A stretch of 64,000 nt of DNA, taken from Perna viridis. Its lineage: Eukaryota. The stretch spans positions 27,156,001-27,220,000 of the forward strand of contig CM074518.1 of NCBI GenBank assembly GCA_037379345.1. Reading direction: 5' to 3'. The position numbers and the translations under genes are program-made. The notes beneath the pieces were generated by a model, which was not told where the DNA came from, did not search any database, and saw only the letters and a list, made by a program, of their open reading frames with translations. This document shows, piece after piece, positions 41,201-54,247 of this stretch. Position 1 is the first letter of the stretch. Each line of letters opens with the position of its first letter.

Positions 41201-41829
41201 AACAAAAATCATAAATTTGGAATTCGAAATTGTCAGTATTGACATACTTATGATTCAAAAACGAACTGAAATGGGTAAACACCGTGCTAAAAGTTTAGGT
41301 ACAAAGATATAACGTTCACAACATGTATATAAGGTTATAAAGAGTTAGAGAACTTTACCTACAGAAAACGGGCAATCTGGACAACGAAACCTTTGAGCAT
41401 GAACTAAGGCACCTCACTCTATCGAACCGCTGAACGGTCCACATAAGAATCATGCCATGTGCAATACACTATTTGGAATGTAATCCATCTCGACTGATGT
41501 AAGCCAAGTAATGAGGTTTGTTCTATAATTGTGTTTAGATATTTCCTTGAACTTGATATAACATAGCAACAAATCATGAAAAAAAATAAAAATGTGTTTA
41601 AATTTTACTTGAAAATTTCAAAGGAAATGAAATGTATATCCGTAAAATTTCAACGTTTTCTCACAATGGTTGGATGATTTATAATTGTAATTGAAAAATT
41701 ACCATAGTGCTCATTTGACATAGGTCCTTAAATTTGCTCCGATACAGTAATGTCAAAGGGGCTGCATCATTGCAGATACCAAGCGTAAAGGTCAGTAGGT
41801 AGTTAATCAAGGAAGACGACTTTTACTCA

Positions 41830-42022
41830 CGACATCTTTCATAATCTGTGAGATAGAAACTTATATCGGTCAATCAAATTGTGATGTCTATGGTGATAAT
41901 ATCACCAAACGCTGAAAATGCTGAATATACTATATTAAAAATGTGTATCCGACAATATCCGCGCTATATAGAAAAAGTCTGTGTACAAATCACAGGTTCG
42001 GTAGTAACGTTTCAACTGTGAA
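41830..42022 (-). mobile_element. Divergent Penelope-like RT C-terminus
   Basis: SQLKRYYRTCDLYTDFFYIARIL ... HRHHNLIDRY. Confidence 0.6.
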
Positions 42023-42315
42023 ATAAATAGTCTTAATCTTAAAAAATGTTGGTATTTTAAAACTAAGAAAGGGAAGTAAAACTAACAATTGGGAAGTCAA
42101 AATCAAGTCAATTTTAAACGTTCCGTATTATCTTTTTACAAATGAGGCAGACAAAGGTATATCAGTTGTCGCATCTTACCTTCAAGACGACATTTTCAAA
42201 TATAACCATTTCGTAACAAGAACAGCTTTAATTTAATTGAATTTTGTCTTTTTGAACCGCTTCAGTTCTTTAATGTACACAATTTATGCTACTGTTTTCC
42301 GATTCCAAACCTTAA

Positions 42316-42709
42316 AGCTGCATTATCTGCCATTTTCGTAAATTATTGTTTCTGTAGAGATATATTTCAACTTGGAACTATTTCTACTAAATTGTACTTT
42401 TCCTGTATAATTGCATTTGAAAAGAAATGTAAACAAGACACGTGCTCACCTGTGTATCCGTTATTGTTATTTGTTTTACCAAGGTTAAAGTATTTTTAAC
42501 CCAAGTGGTTGTCCTGTCGGCAATCTTCGGAAGTAATGGCGAAAAATAATTAGATCAGACCTATCGATATTCTCTGATTAAAAACAGGTTGTATTCACAA
42601 TATTGTGTACGTATTTATTTGCTTCAATTGCATTACTACAAACTTATTTCATTGAATCAGCAAAATTCAGTAGAATCAAAACTGAACAAATTTGGCAGAT
42701 AATGCAGCT
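42316..42709. mobile_element. 394-bp MITE, Kolobok-type (TTAA target duplication, AG...CT ends)
   Basis: TTAA 42312-42315 and 42710-42713; perfect 17-bp TIR AGCTGCATTATCTGCCA. Confidence 0.85.
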
Positions 42710-42781
42710 TTAATTACTTTCTGACAAAATGATGCTTTTGATTGTGATTGAACTATTTTTTTCGTTGTTATTTTTTCTTGT

Positions 42782-42996
42782 NNNNNNNNNNNNNNNNNNN
42801 NNNNNNNNNNNNNNNNNNNNNNNNNNNNNNNNNNNNNNNNNNNNNNNNNNNNNNNNNNNNNNNNNNNNNNNNNNNNNNNNNNNNNNNNNNNNNNNNNNNN
42901 NNNNNNNNNNNNNNNNNNNNNNNNNNNNNNNNNNNNNNNNNNNNNNNNNNNNNNNNNNNNNNNNNNNNNNNNNNNNNNNNNNNNNNNNNNNNNNNN
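42782..42996. other. Assembly gap (N run)
   Basis: 215 N. Confidence 1.
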
Positions 42997-44308
42997 CTTT
43001 TATTATCTATATATATTAATGTATACTGTATCTCTAGCATCTCTAGTTTGTATGACTTCGTCTTTGTTTTTGAATAGTATGATTTAATGGTTTTTGTGTA
43101 TATCGATCATTGATATTGTTTTAAAATTTATGTTGATATATGATAATAAAGAGAAAGATTAAAATGTAGTATATGTGTCATAAAATGCTCTCTGTTTTCA
43201 TTTTGGCTCTTGTTATCTGTTCTTGTTTTACAGGTGTTTAATACCAGTATCATTTATTTACCATCCAATTTTTAAATTTGAAATTTGAAACAAAAGCCCA
43301 CAAGCATACAAGATACGGATATCTTTTAAGCGTGTCGAGTCTACAGAAATCTTAGAAAGTATCGTTATCGGACTTGTTCTGAATACGTTTTCAACAACTA
43401 AGTAACTGCCACCTTTGATTCACAATACATTCCGGTCGAAAATAAATGCAACAAATAACATTTTGGAATTAATGACGATTAATTGTTAATTAAAGCTATC
43501 ACGTTGTAATGATTCTTTATTCATTAATGTAGAGTGCATATCACATTTATGCTAATTATAACTTTTATTTCTGCACATGGTGTCTGACTTACTAGTACGT
43601 GGGCTGGGACAACCCATTGCACCACCCCCTCCCAATCTATCAACCAAAATATTTTTTTGTACCCTTATACCTCCCATTTACGAATCATTTTGTCATTTTG
43701 TAGCCCCCAAAATTATGGAAGCATTTTTATATTAATGGCTACCCTTTATACCTCGTTGAAACAAAAATATTTTTATATTATTATTATTCTGCTTACTTCT
43801 ACACTTTACAAAACGATTTACATTGACAAATATAGGAATTATCCAAAAATCTCTACAAAATTACTAATTCGGTATTTTGTGTTTAGTACTATCACAATTC
43901 ACACTTTTGGGGTTCCTTTGAAGAACTGTGGTGATTTTCATCGTCAGATTAATAAAAAAATACAATATTGGATTTTCGATTTTCCCTATAACAATGGCAT
44001 ACAATTCGTCTCTACAAGAATTGCTCACGGCACTGATGATTTGAAATATCGATCCGCCACTAACATTCAGTCGTTCGTAACCTCTCTTGAAAGTTAAGCA
44101 TCCTACAACTCACTGAAAATGTACTGATTGCTTATATCTGACATTGAATAACATACATGTAAAAGAAATCTAAATGTTTCATTTACCAACGTAAAACTAT
44201 CTTGACTATAAATATAAAAAAGAAAAAAAATGTCATATAATTTTTAACATTACTTCTGTTGTAGTAATCAGCAGATAAGGAATCTATCCATCTCCATAAT
44301 AAACTTAC

Positions 44309-44369
44309 CTAACGTCATAGTTATGATAATTGAAATCCATGTATAAGTACTTCTAAAAACAATCACCAT
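44309..44369 (-). CDS. Signal-peptide exon MVIVFRSTYTWISIIITMTL(G), probable exon 1 of gene C
   Basis: ATG, hydrophobic core, phase-1 G|GTAAGT donor. Joins in frame to exon 2 at 38095 (...TLGLFVAECTLC). Assignment across the gap is uncertain. Confidence 0.45.
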
Positions 44370-45126
44370 CTCCCTCTGGTAAAAAGAAAGATAATTCATT
44401 TTTTCTATTGTTTGTATATAAACAATAGATCTTTAATTTTATGTTTTTTCTGAGTGAATTCTCAAGAAAACTGAAAAGGGACTTTACCGATACAGACCAT
44501 GAAACAAGAATGAAGTAAAATCTTTTTTGAAAAATCTATGTTATCTATTATCCTTTTGTCAATGAAAACATCTGCATAAATACAAAGAACTGAAACTATA
44601 TTTTGACGAAATGTACATGAAATGAATGAGTGATATCAGGAGTTTGAGGGAGCGAAAGTGGACTCAATATCCTGACTTGGAATAACGATTCTGCCTTAAA
44701 AGGATATTTTAAAAGATAAATTTGTTCCTAAGTTTAAACAATAAAAATAGTAAATACATAAACACATTATTTTTCAGTCTAATTCCTAAATTTATACAGA
44801 AAAAACATATTTATACACATTTAAATACATGTCTTTTAAGCAATAATTAAATATTTTTATTGACAGGTATAATAATTTTCTACTATCACATTTCCGATGA
44901 ACTAGAATTTAATAATCAATGGTGAGTATACATGTACATATATATACACTTATCCCAGACATCGTTAAACAGATATTTTCATGTAGTAGTGTATGAACAT
45001 ATGCTTAATTAAAGCTGAAAGATGATACTCCATATCAAATGAAAATTTGGTTTTCGTTGGTGTATTTAGTGTTTGGAGTATGTCAAAATCACTGCCAAAT
45101 TCATTTTGAATTAACTTTTTCATTTC

Positions 45127-45168
45127 GTTTTGTTTGTTTGTTTGTTTGTTTGTTTGTTTGTTTGTTTT
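45127..45168. repeat. (GTTT)n microsatellite
   Basis: Direct read. Confidence 0.9.
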
Positions 45169-45214
45169 TGTTGAGAGTGACAAGTAATTATAAATGTGAG
45201 GCAATATTGCTAAG

Positions 45215-45436
45215 GAGTAATCAAGGGAACCAAGGTTATAGCGGTAATCAAAAGAATGTAATCCAGGGACAAAGACCAGACATGGAAAACAGACATACAC
45301 AACAAAGAACATAAAGTAACTAAAATCATACATACAAAGTAACCAAAGTAAATGAGCAACTCGGACTCCACTAAAAACTTGGAGCATGGACCAGGTGCAC
45401 CGGTAGGGTAAGCGTCCTCTGCTTTTCTAGAAACAT
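45215..45436 (-). mobile_element. Penelope-like 3' tail only
   Basis: Near-identical to 4975-5194. Confidence 0.9.
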
Positions 45437-46569
45437 CGCCTACCATTAGAATAGTCATCCTTGACATTTATGTGCATGGTCCGACCAGGGCTTGTTTAAG
45501 CGATCGCGTACTTTATTCTGATGCCATATTTTGACATTGTATTGTTCTGTTTTATGATTTAGGCGATTTAATTAATGAACTTGCATATTTAAAATATGAA
45601 CTTAGACAACATATTACGTATTAACATGAGTTTATAAGTAGCTCTTTTTCGTCGATGAAAATATATCCGCGTGAAATTGTTTTATATTACCTATACAGAT
45701 TCCCCTTATGTCAAACGTATATATCCGTTACAAAGAATCAGATATAAGTTACGTGCATACATGTAATTTCCAACAATACTTTATGATTGAACTTACCTTA
45801 ATGTATGAACAGATTCAAATCAAGGGGTCAAATGTGTGTTAAACGGATTAAAACGTAGTGGTAAGTCAGACAACAGGAAGGATATCCACTTTATTGTAAA
45901 CATTTGAATTGAATTAGCACACGCATCGTTTACTTCATACTATTACAACTTTACATTGTTACTCAACATGACTTGTGACTTGAAAAAGCTTAAAGAATAT
46001 TAGATCATAAAAGTTATTATACTTTTATGAATGTGAAGTTTTATAAGGATGTTTTTGATTTATTTATATAGTTTTTTAAGAATGGATTAAGTACCGGCGC
46101 ACTGGTTGTACAATGTACCTTCCTATTTAATTTAACTCAGTTATCTCTCTTTTACTGTACTACAGATTATGTATTTATAACAACTTTGATCGTTTTAGTG
46201 CGTGTTCATGATGCAAGATTTAAAACTGTGTCTGATATCACGGATATTGAGATTTCTCTTTTGATTATCAAGTTTAATATCAAACGCAATCTTGTCTTTT
46301 GTAATGAGCAATTAATACATAGTTTTTTTTTTTTTGTTTTGTTTTTTTGTTTTTTTTGTTTGTTTGTTTGTTTTTTTAATGTGCACATGTGAATTTTTCA
46401 CCAACTTCACTTCAAGCTGGAGTTATGTTGCCGTCTTTTGTAAGAATTGGAAATAACGATGTTTTTTCAATGTCGACTCTTTGTGGAAATAAAGTATTTT
46501 TATATCTGTATTGCCAAAGCCAAATGTTAGCTGTAGTCAATACCAATGCAGTTATGACACAATACATCC

Positions 46570-48385
46570 GGTTATAGCGGTTATCAAAAAATGCAATCCA
46601 GGGACAAATACTAGACATGGAAAACAGACGATACACAACAATGAACATAAAGTAACTAAATTCATACATACAAAGTAACAAAAGCAAATGACTCCAATAA
46701 AAACTGAGAGCATGGACCAGGTGCACCGGTACGATAAGCGTCCTTTCCTTTTCTAGAAACACCCGCCGAGTTGCTCATAAAAGGTCAAGTCCGAGGTAGA
46801 CAAACGAGGAAAGGAAAACTATGGCCCGTTGAATAAATCAGTGTCATGGGCCAGATGGATACACCATAGCGAACATGACGACCATAAAACTTCTGTAGTG
46901 ATGACTTCAAACTTGTAGCAACATAACCCTGTTCCAGAAGCATATTTGTTAGAGTTCTAACGCGATACAAAAAGTCTGTGTAGTTTCGGCAAGCTCTGGC
47001 ATAACGTATGAGTTGTGATATGAACACTCCATACGCAGGTGCTGAAGAGATGTTGACACAGATGAAAGGAAAGTTGACAATTTTGAATGAAAAGTCATCA
47101 CGTTTGTCGCAAGTTTGGTCAATAGTTTTCCTTTACCGTCAATTTCTAAATGTAGGTCAAGATATGAGGCTGACTTCACAGTGTCTGTAGATCCTTTATC
47201 TCAAGTTCTTTTGGGTAGATGTGATGTATCAAATCCCCGAAATTAGGATTGTTTAAAGATAATACGTCATCTATATAGCGGAAACTGAGATTGAAGGATC
47301 TAGCCAAACGATATTCTTTCTTTCTGATCAGATCAGCTATAAAGTCAGCCTCATAAGAGTGAAGGAATAGGTCAGCAAGTAAAGGAACACAATTTGTTTC
47401 CATTGGAATGCCGACCGTTTATTGAAAAACACATCCACCACACTGGACAAATATGTTGTCGATTAAAAATTCCAGCATTTTGTAAACATCTTTCTCTGTA
47501 TATTTGGAATTATTTCTTATAAAGTATGAGGAATCTCTACCAAGAACTATATATTTGTATCTAGGTGTACCATCTTTTTGGAAAAACAACGATGCATAAT
47601 GATTTTAAGTCGGGATTTTAACTGAGTATGGGGCATAGAAGTATACAGTGTTGAAAAATCATAGATTTTAATGCAATTATATTCAGCTAATAGCCTTGAA
47701 TTATTTGTCTCCAAAAGATCTTTCGAATTTTTCAGAATCCACATTGAATTAATACCACTACGAGAGTAACAAGTGTTGGGGTAGGACTGCAAACCCTCTT
47801 TGACAGTTGTGAGTATAGAAATTAAAAAAAGTTTTGAAAGAGGTTTGGTGGTACATTTTGCAGATCCAGCTATGAAACATTGTTTGTATGGATTCTTGTG
47901 GAGTTTAGGAAACCAGTACATAGACGGTAAATCACAATCATTGGTAGAGAGACCAAATGAGGATAGCACATATTTATGGTTTTCCACAATCTCTTCTTTG
48001 GAGAGTGTAGTAGCAGTATAGGTCTTATCACTGCTATTATTTTCTACGTCTACCTCTGATAATAAACATTGGATGTAAAACGTTTTGCAGACAAAAACAA
48101 TATTGTTTTGGGCTTTGTCTGCTGGTACGACAACATATTTGTCATGTATAATAGACAATGTTTTTGCTACATCGGGGTCTTAGAAAACTGATGTAGCCTT
48201 GGCAGTCATTGACCTACTTAAATCTTTCATTCGTTTCAAAATTAAAGAACTCACGGCCTTTAACCACTCTGACAGAGATTCAATGTCTTCTTGTTCTCGT
48301 TTTGTCCATTCTCTTGCATAGTCCTCGACGGCATTCATAAGAACTTTAAAGTTATAATTCCAATTTATGGAGCGTGGTTCACGGT
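46570..48385 (-). mobile_element. Penelope-like retroelement, longest copy (5'-truncated, frameshifted RT plus 3' UTR); probably Naiad/Chlamys-type
   Basis: PADKA, YWFPKLHK, YDFSTLYT, GIPM(E)TNC, RYIDD, SYLDL motifs; ORF ends after the thumb with no GIY-YIG. Confidence 0.9.
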
Positions 48386-49244
48386 GGTGCCGCTGCTGAA
48401 TAATTACAAAACCTTTTTGAAGCCGTTTATAAAGGTCTGATGTTGTTTTCCTTTTTCAAGACATTTACTTTGTCATTTAAATCATGTTTTATTAGCAGAC
48501 AATATAATTATTATATTATTAACATGGGGCCTCAAAATTTTATGAAAGTGCGTTTCACTATATCTTCCTCTTGGTCTTAGTTTTTGGGGTTAACAGTAAA
48601 CTATTTCCATTAATAAACGTTTTCTGTTTCATATAACGCTGTGTACTATTATGTAATTTTATGCGACAATACGCTTCCGCTTAAATTAAGCTGTTGATAC
48701 CTGTTGATTGCTTGAATTCAGTTAATAATTACCAGTGTTTTTCATTATAAACATGTTATTGTACGGCTGTTCATTTTCATGGTTACTAACATGAAGGTCG
48801 TCATATTCTCTATTTGGAACTTTTTTACCCTGTAATTAAACAAATAAATAGCATAGTAGAAGCTTTTATACCGCTGTTTTGAAGGAGTAGCATATTTTTA
48901 ACATTTGTCCATCAATCCGTTCGTCAACATTTTTGTTTTTGTAAGTTTTCTGTTCAACTACTTGTCACAGCCAAATAAATATTTTGGCATAAGCTTTGTG
49001 AATGTGTACAATATCATGGGAATTTATTTCGGGCTTAAGTAACAACCACTCATTGGATTACGACTCGGTTCATCTGTTGACCATGCATATTTGTATCTAA
49101 GACAAATATAGTGTATAAATAACATTCAGCTAACTACACTTTACAGTTTATTAATTTGATAACTAGGTATTCATATTGACTGAGATATAGGTCCATGGAT
49201 GATCATATTTGGACGAGGCCCATTACTCAGTTGATATGAGAATA

Positions 49245-49604
49245 TAAGGTTGAAGTCATCATTACAGAGGTTTGATTGTCGTCAACATAAACTCGTGGAT
49301 CGTTAAAGTGTATCCACGAAAACTGATTTGTTCAACATGTCATAGTTTTCCTTTCCTCTTTCCTCTAACCCGGACTTGACTTCCTATGATCAACTCGGTT
49401 AGTGATTTTGGAAAAGCAGTATACGCTTACCCTACCGATGGTTCCAGTTTTTAGTGGAGTCCAAGTTGCTCATTTACTTTTGTTACGTGTATGTATTATT
49501 TTAGTCGCGTAAGTTCTTTGTCTTGTTTGTCTGTTTTCCATGTTTGGTCTTTGTCCCTGGATTACATTCCTTTGATTTCCGCTAGAATTCTGGTTTCCTT
49601 GAAT
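49245..49604 (+). mobile_element. Penelope-like 3' fragment
   Basis: gaagtcatcattacagagg...ggagtccaagttgctcatt... Confidence 0.85.
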
Positions 49605-50237
49605 CAAATAAAGATTTCAAATAATCCTTTATGGAGCTTTAACGGTTTTATGTTATTGTACTACACGTAAATACAAAAAAAAATACACTACCTGACGTAC
49701 CGTTTGACAATTATTGGCATTTTAGAATTGCTAAGTTCAAGTGATGATTAATATTTCACAGTCACCGAAATCACCCTAAAGGTTGAAATATATCATTGCA
49801 TGTGTCAAGCACATTATAACTGTTTTATGTTTCTTTTTAATTTAACAAGACTTTGCCGATTTTTCTAGCTCATATACTTAAATTTACAAACTTGATCCAT
49901 TGTTCATGAGAACTGTTTTTTTTTTTTATGGATTCGACAATTTTTGTTCAATACTTCACACACGAGACTTCCAATTTTGCTCAAAATCAATGGCCAAGAT
50001 GTCCGTATCCACCGTAGATCGACCTTTTCTTTTCACTTCTTAAAATAGTTGTTTCTTTACGTTTCGAAATTTGAACAGAGATGGACAATGAAATGCATGA
50101 GTATTTTTGTTATAACGTACAAAATGGCACCTGTACATGTCAGTTCATACATTCAATTGTTTAGAAAATTATTAAATGCTTTAAAAATCGATTTTCCCCC
50201 TCATAATTTTCCATTTATTTTTGTCTTGTTCAGAACG

Positions 50238-50416
50238 GGTACATGCTCCCAGTTTTTAGTGGAGTCCGAGTTGCTCATTTACTTTTGTTACTTTGTATGT
50301 ATGATTTTTAGTTACTTTATGTTCCTTGTTGTGTATGTCTGTTTTCCATGACTGGTTTTTGTCCCTGGATTGCATTTGTTTGATTACCGCTATAAACTTG
50401 GTTCCCTTGATTACTC
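50238..50416 (+). mobile_element. Penelope-like 3' tail only
   Basis: catgctcccagtttttagtggagtccgag...cccttgattactc. Confidence 0.9.
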
Positions 50417-50929
50417 ATATATCCTATAAAGCCCAAGAAGCTAAAATTTGGGTACCGTTTATATACAATCACCTGCCTGGAAATCAAATGAAATATATGT
50501 ACATTTTGTACTTTATATCTTGGTATGGGTGATCTTTATTTTCAGAGATGTGCCTGGTTCTTTCCACGACCTATATCTGATTAAAAAGTATTATTTCTCC
50601 AACAGTATTAAAGTGACCTAGATTAATTTAGTATTAACTACAATTTGAGGGACACATTTGAGAGATTTACAGTACATATCAAAAGAGCGACACATTAATA
50701 TATTGAATGCCAGAAAGGGAAACAAATGATGTCAGCTACATATGATATTCTCTGTCATCAAGTATGTCCCGTGCTTATTATTCAAATTTTGATTAAACTT
50801 AGATGTATCAGGATAACATATTTTGTTTAGCATAAAAAAGTACGAAGTCATATAAATAGCACATCAAATATTTTTATGATTCACGTATCATGACCTGCAG
50901 TGTCCATTATATTTAGCTTCACGTAAATG

Positions 50930-51068
50930 GAAAACCCATATATGAACTTCGGTTTTGTGCACCAGACTATTCAAGTGCCGTTACGTACGGTCAGTTTACA
51001 GTTTACACGCTAGGGATATAGCTGAAATATTGCCGCTTTCGGCGTCAAACACTAAATATTCAATCATT
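50930..51068 (+). mobile_element. SINE-like 3' tail fragment
   Basis: gatatagctgaaatattgccgctttcggcgtcaaacac...aatca, related to 25412-25460. Confidence 0.5.
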
Positions 51069-51207
51069 GATTTCCAATGACCAAATAACAATCAATCCAT
51101 GACCCCGTAGATTGCTAACCTTTCCTTAAGAATGTGAACAAATATCATGACGCAAAAAAAATGTAACGTTTCCCTGCGGGCAAAAATTCATTAAAGAAAC
51201 ACATTAC

Positions 51208-52522
51208 CTTGAGGTTTTGACCAGACATAAAATAGCAATTAATATCAAAAGTCCTACAGCAGCCCTACTGATAATGCCTATATCGATGAGCATTTTTCTT
51301 CCTGAAACGAAACGATTTTGTTTTCCTTTTAAACGACTTCGGGAAATTTGATACGTTTTTATTAAAACAATAGTATTAATACACATCAATCTAAACAAAA
51401 GTGTATTTTTTCAGTCTTAGAGTTGAGGGATCGAATATTAATCATCTTATGTTCCGTTCATAATCGATTGATAGACAAGTTTCTAAATATGTTTTTTTTT
51501 CTCAATTGAACAAGGTCCCCATTAAAGTATACATTAAGGATTCCGCTTGAAGGTGCCAGCCTGTGAAATTATCTGCAATTTACTCACTAAAACAACAATT
51601 GTTGTCGAAAAATATATTTTAGAACTGGTACCTAGTACAATGAGCATATCGCATTTTGCATAATTGAGAAGCAAATAACATTTTTTTCTCAATTCTAAAT
51701 ATCAGTTTTGTATCTCAAAGTTGTACTTTTATTGATTGCAGTAAAACCTTCCCTTTGTTGTTATACTTTGTAAATTCGCTTAGAACATCACATCAAGTAT
51801 AAAATGGAAATGCTGCATTCATTCTGAAACTTACTGGTGACTTCATTTTGTGAGTTATTTGCTACTGTCTGGCTTTGTTGTGATGATGCTATTTTGTTTA
51901 CATTATAAGTTGATTCGGAAAATGAAATATCGGCTATTGAAGTTTTCATTTCTTAGCCTTTAGCCATGACATATTTAATTCATAAGGGCTATCTGTCAAT
52001 TTAAAAGCATAAAAAGAATTTCGAGACATCTCTTTCATCTGTAAATTCTATCTGAATGTCTATAAAATTGCTCTTATATTTCGTCACAACATTTAATATT
52101 CATGCTGATACGGCTGTCATATATTTTACCAAGTTTGTGTTCCCCCTTTTTGATTGGTGATGAATTGAAAAAAAATGTATCAATTTCAGAGTCCTGGTTA
52201 GTTTTTGCAAATAATAAGACAGCATGTACAGGTCCCATTTTATTTTTGGTCAAGAACCATGTTCTATGTTTTTATTGGAATTAAAGAATATGCACAAAAT
52301 ATGCCCTATTTGATTTAGCAAATAATAACATAGGAACTAACATATTTATTTGTTTTGTGTAACATGTTATAACCAATTTTAAATTAACTGCATTGCTATT
52401 GTGTCTTGTCAAATTATATAACTAATACAAAAGAACATACTGATTTCCAATTTAAAACAGTAGCTTGCGTTTCCATCAGGTCTTTCTTTTTGTAGAATAA
52501 TCTCTATATTTGCAATGGGCAA
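51208..52522 (-). pseudogene. Gene B: pseudogene of the receptor family. Exon 3 remnant 52441-~52522, frameshifted stalk exon 51835-51992, intact TM exon 51208-51301
   Basis: LPIANIEIILQKERPDGNASYCFKLEI|GTATGT matches the domain C-terminus. The 158-nt stalk exon is not a multiple of 3. The 94-nt TM exon reads IGIISRAAVGLLILIAILCLVKTSR|GTAATG. The 5' part of exon 3 is replaced by a Penelope fragment. Confidence 0.8.
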
Positions 52523-52686
52523 CTCGGACTCCACTAAAAACTGTGAGCATGGACCAGGTGCAGCGGTAGGGTTAGCATCGTCTGCTTTTTTAGAAACACC
52601 CACCGAGTTGCTCATAAAAAGTCAAGTCCAGGGTAGACAAACGAGGAAAGGAAAACTATGACTCGTTGAATAAATCAGTTTTCATG
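52514..52686 (-). mobile_element. Penelope-like 3' UTR fragment inserted into gene B exon 3
   Basis: atgaaaactgatttattcaac...ggagtccgagttgcccatt fused to exon sequence. Confidence 0.9.
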
Positions 52687-54247
52687 ATATGCTGACAGTT
52701 TACAAAAATATATTATTCAAGGAGATAGTGTTAAAATATACTTTCCAATAATCATATTTAGAATTATAAAGAAGCTTTGTTTTACTACAACCTATACGTG
52801 ATTTCATAATGAATGAGAGTTGAGATTTTCTTCATTTATAACTGATTAATTTTTCCGCAATTTCATATTCACGTACATTTTCACCATGTGAAATAATATG
52901 TTTTACTGCAGTCCAACGACAGTGTTTGTATGGGATGAATTTCCAATGTTATAGAGTATGGGGCAACGGGGCATGGTGAATGGAGCAAGGCTATTCTTTA
53001 GATTGATCAATCAGAAAATTGGTTCTGCCTTTTCTGCATACATCAGTCTATTTTTCCATTACGGCGATTGTAAGTTTTAATAAATGTCTTTGGAATTATA
53101 TACATTTATCACAATACATAATTTGTTGACATTTTCAATATTTAGTACAATAATGTCTTATCATTACAAATTAAAAACGTTTGTGCTTTTTGTAAAATTT
53201 GTACCTAAATGACTATTTATCACAGACACTTACATGCTATTAATATTGACATATTTAACATTTTATACAATGACAGACCATAATTGAAATTTAAAGTAAA
53301 ACATATTGTTTTATAGAATTTGGGCTGAAATCACATATATGATGATAATTGTGATATGTTTAACAATGTTATTTTGGAGAATTTGAACCCAAATATATAC
53401 ATGTATGTATCGTAGCCACTCACAAGATTCTTACATTGACTTATTCAAATTTTAACAATAAAATCAGACCATTTTCAAATTAGGAGTGTTTGCACTCATA
53501 CAACTTGCAGAAATATGACATTTAGATACATTTGAGCTCAAATATATGTGTTGCATCCACACATATCATACAAATATTGACAATATAAATTTGTAAACTA
53601 TGATATCTTACCATTAAGAATGTTAAAACTATTCGTCTGCATTATATTTGAATAAATATTTCATGTTGTATACTTTCATTTGAAACACATTTATATTTGA
53701 CACAACCACACTCATGATGCATCTATTGTTAATTAAGACTTACATAATTTTAAACTGATCTGAATAAACTAAATTCATATAGGTATCATCATATAGCCCA
53801 AGATCATTATATATCCCAAGGTCTCAGATTTTAAATAGTACCAACCAATTTGCTGAAGCACTTTTGGATTTGTAAAAATGCAAACATATCTACTCCACCA
53901 AAAAATCGCTAAATTTGACATTTTTTTCAATGCCAAAACCCCTAGCGTATTTTTGCTTCAGTAAAAATGACTTATTTCTATTTTATAGTCATATCACTAT
54001 TGATACTTCTATGGTCCTTTCGTTTCCCTATTAAAAGTCACGTAAATTAATTCGAACTGTTTATTTGTTTTTGGGGAAGGCACAATGTGTCTACTACCTT
54101 TAAGGTGAAATATAAAGCATTTGTTCGTCAATAAATACGTCGGCTTTTGGATACAGTTCCGTTTCTAAAGTGCCATTATTGAAGGACTTTCTGCATTTCT
54201 CCAGAAATACCTAGAGCCAAAGAAAAAGTAATATCGCTCTTTGTAAG

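Noticed and set aside
41700-41830. Exon-like Cys-containing segment
   Set aside because: Contiguous with the divergent Penelope RT end at 41830-42022; more likely its 3' UTR.
44025-44060. CTGATGA-TTT-GAAA hammerhead-like core
   Set aside because: No room for stem II, and stem I has only 3 bp with a mismatch at the core.
43657-44097. 146-aa plus-strand ORF
   Set aside because: Low-complexity AT-rich translation, non-ATG start, no motifs or splice support.
50450-50575. Possible decayed tail exon of gene B (ENKDHPYQDIKY)
   Set aside because: Needs a frameshift and the similarity is too weak to call.
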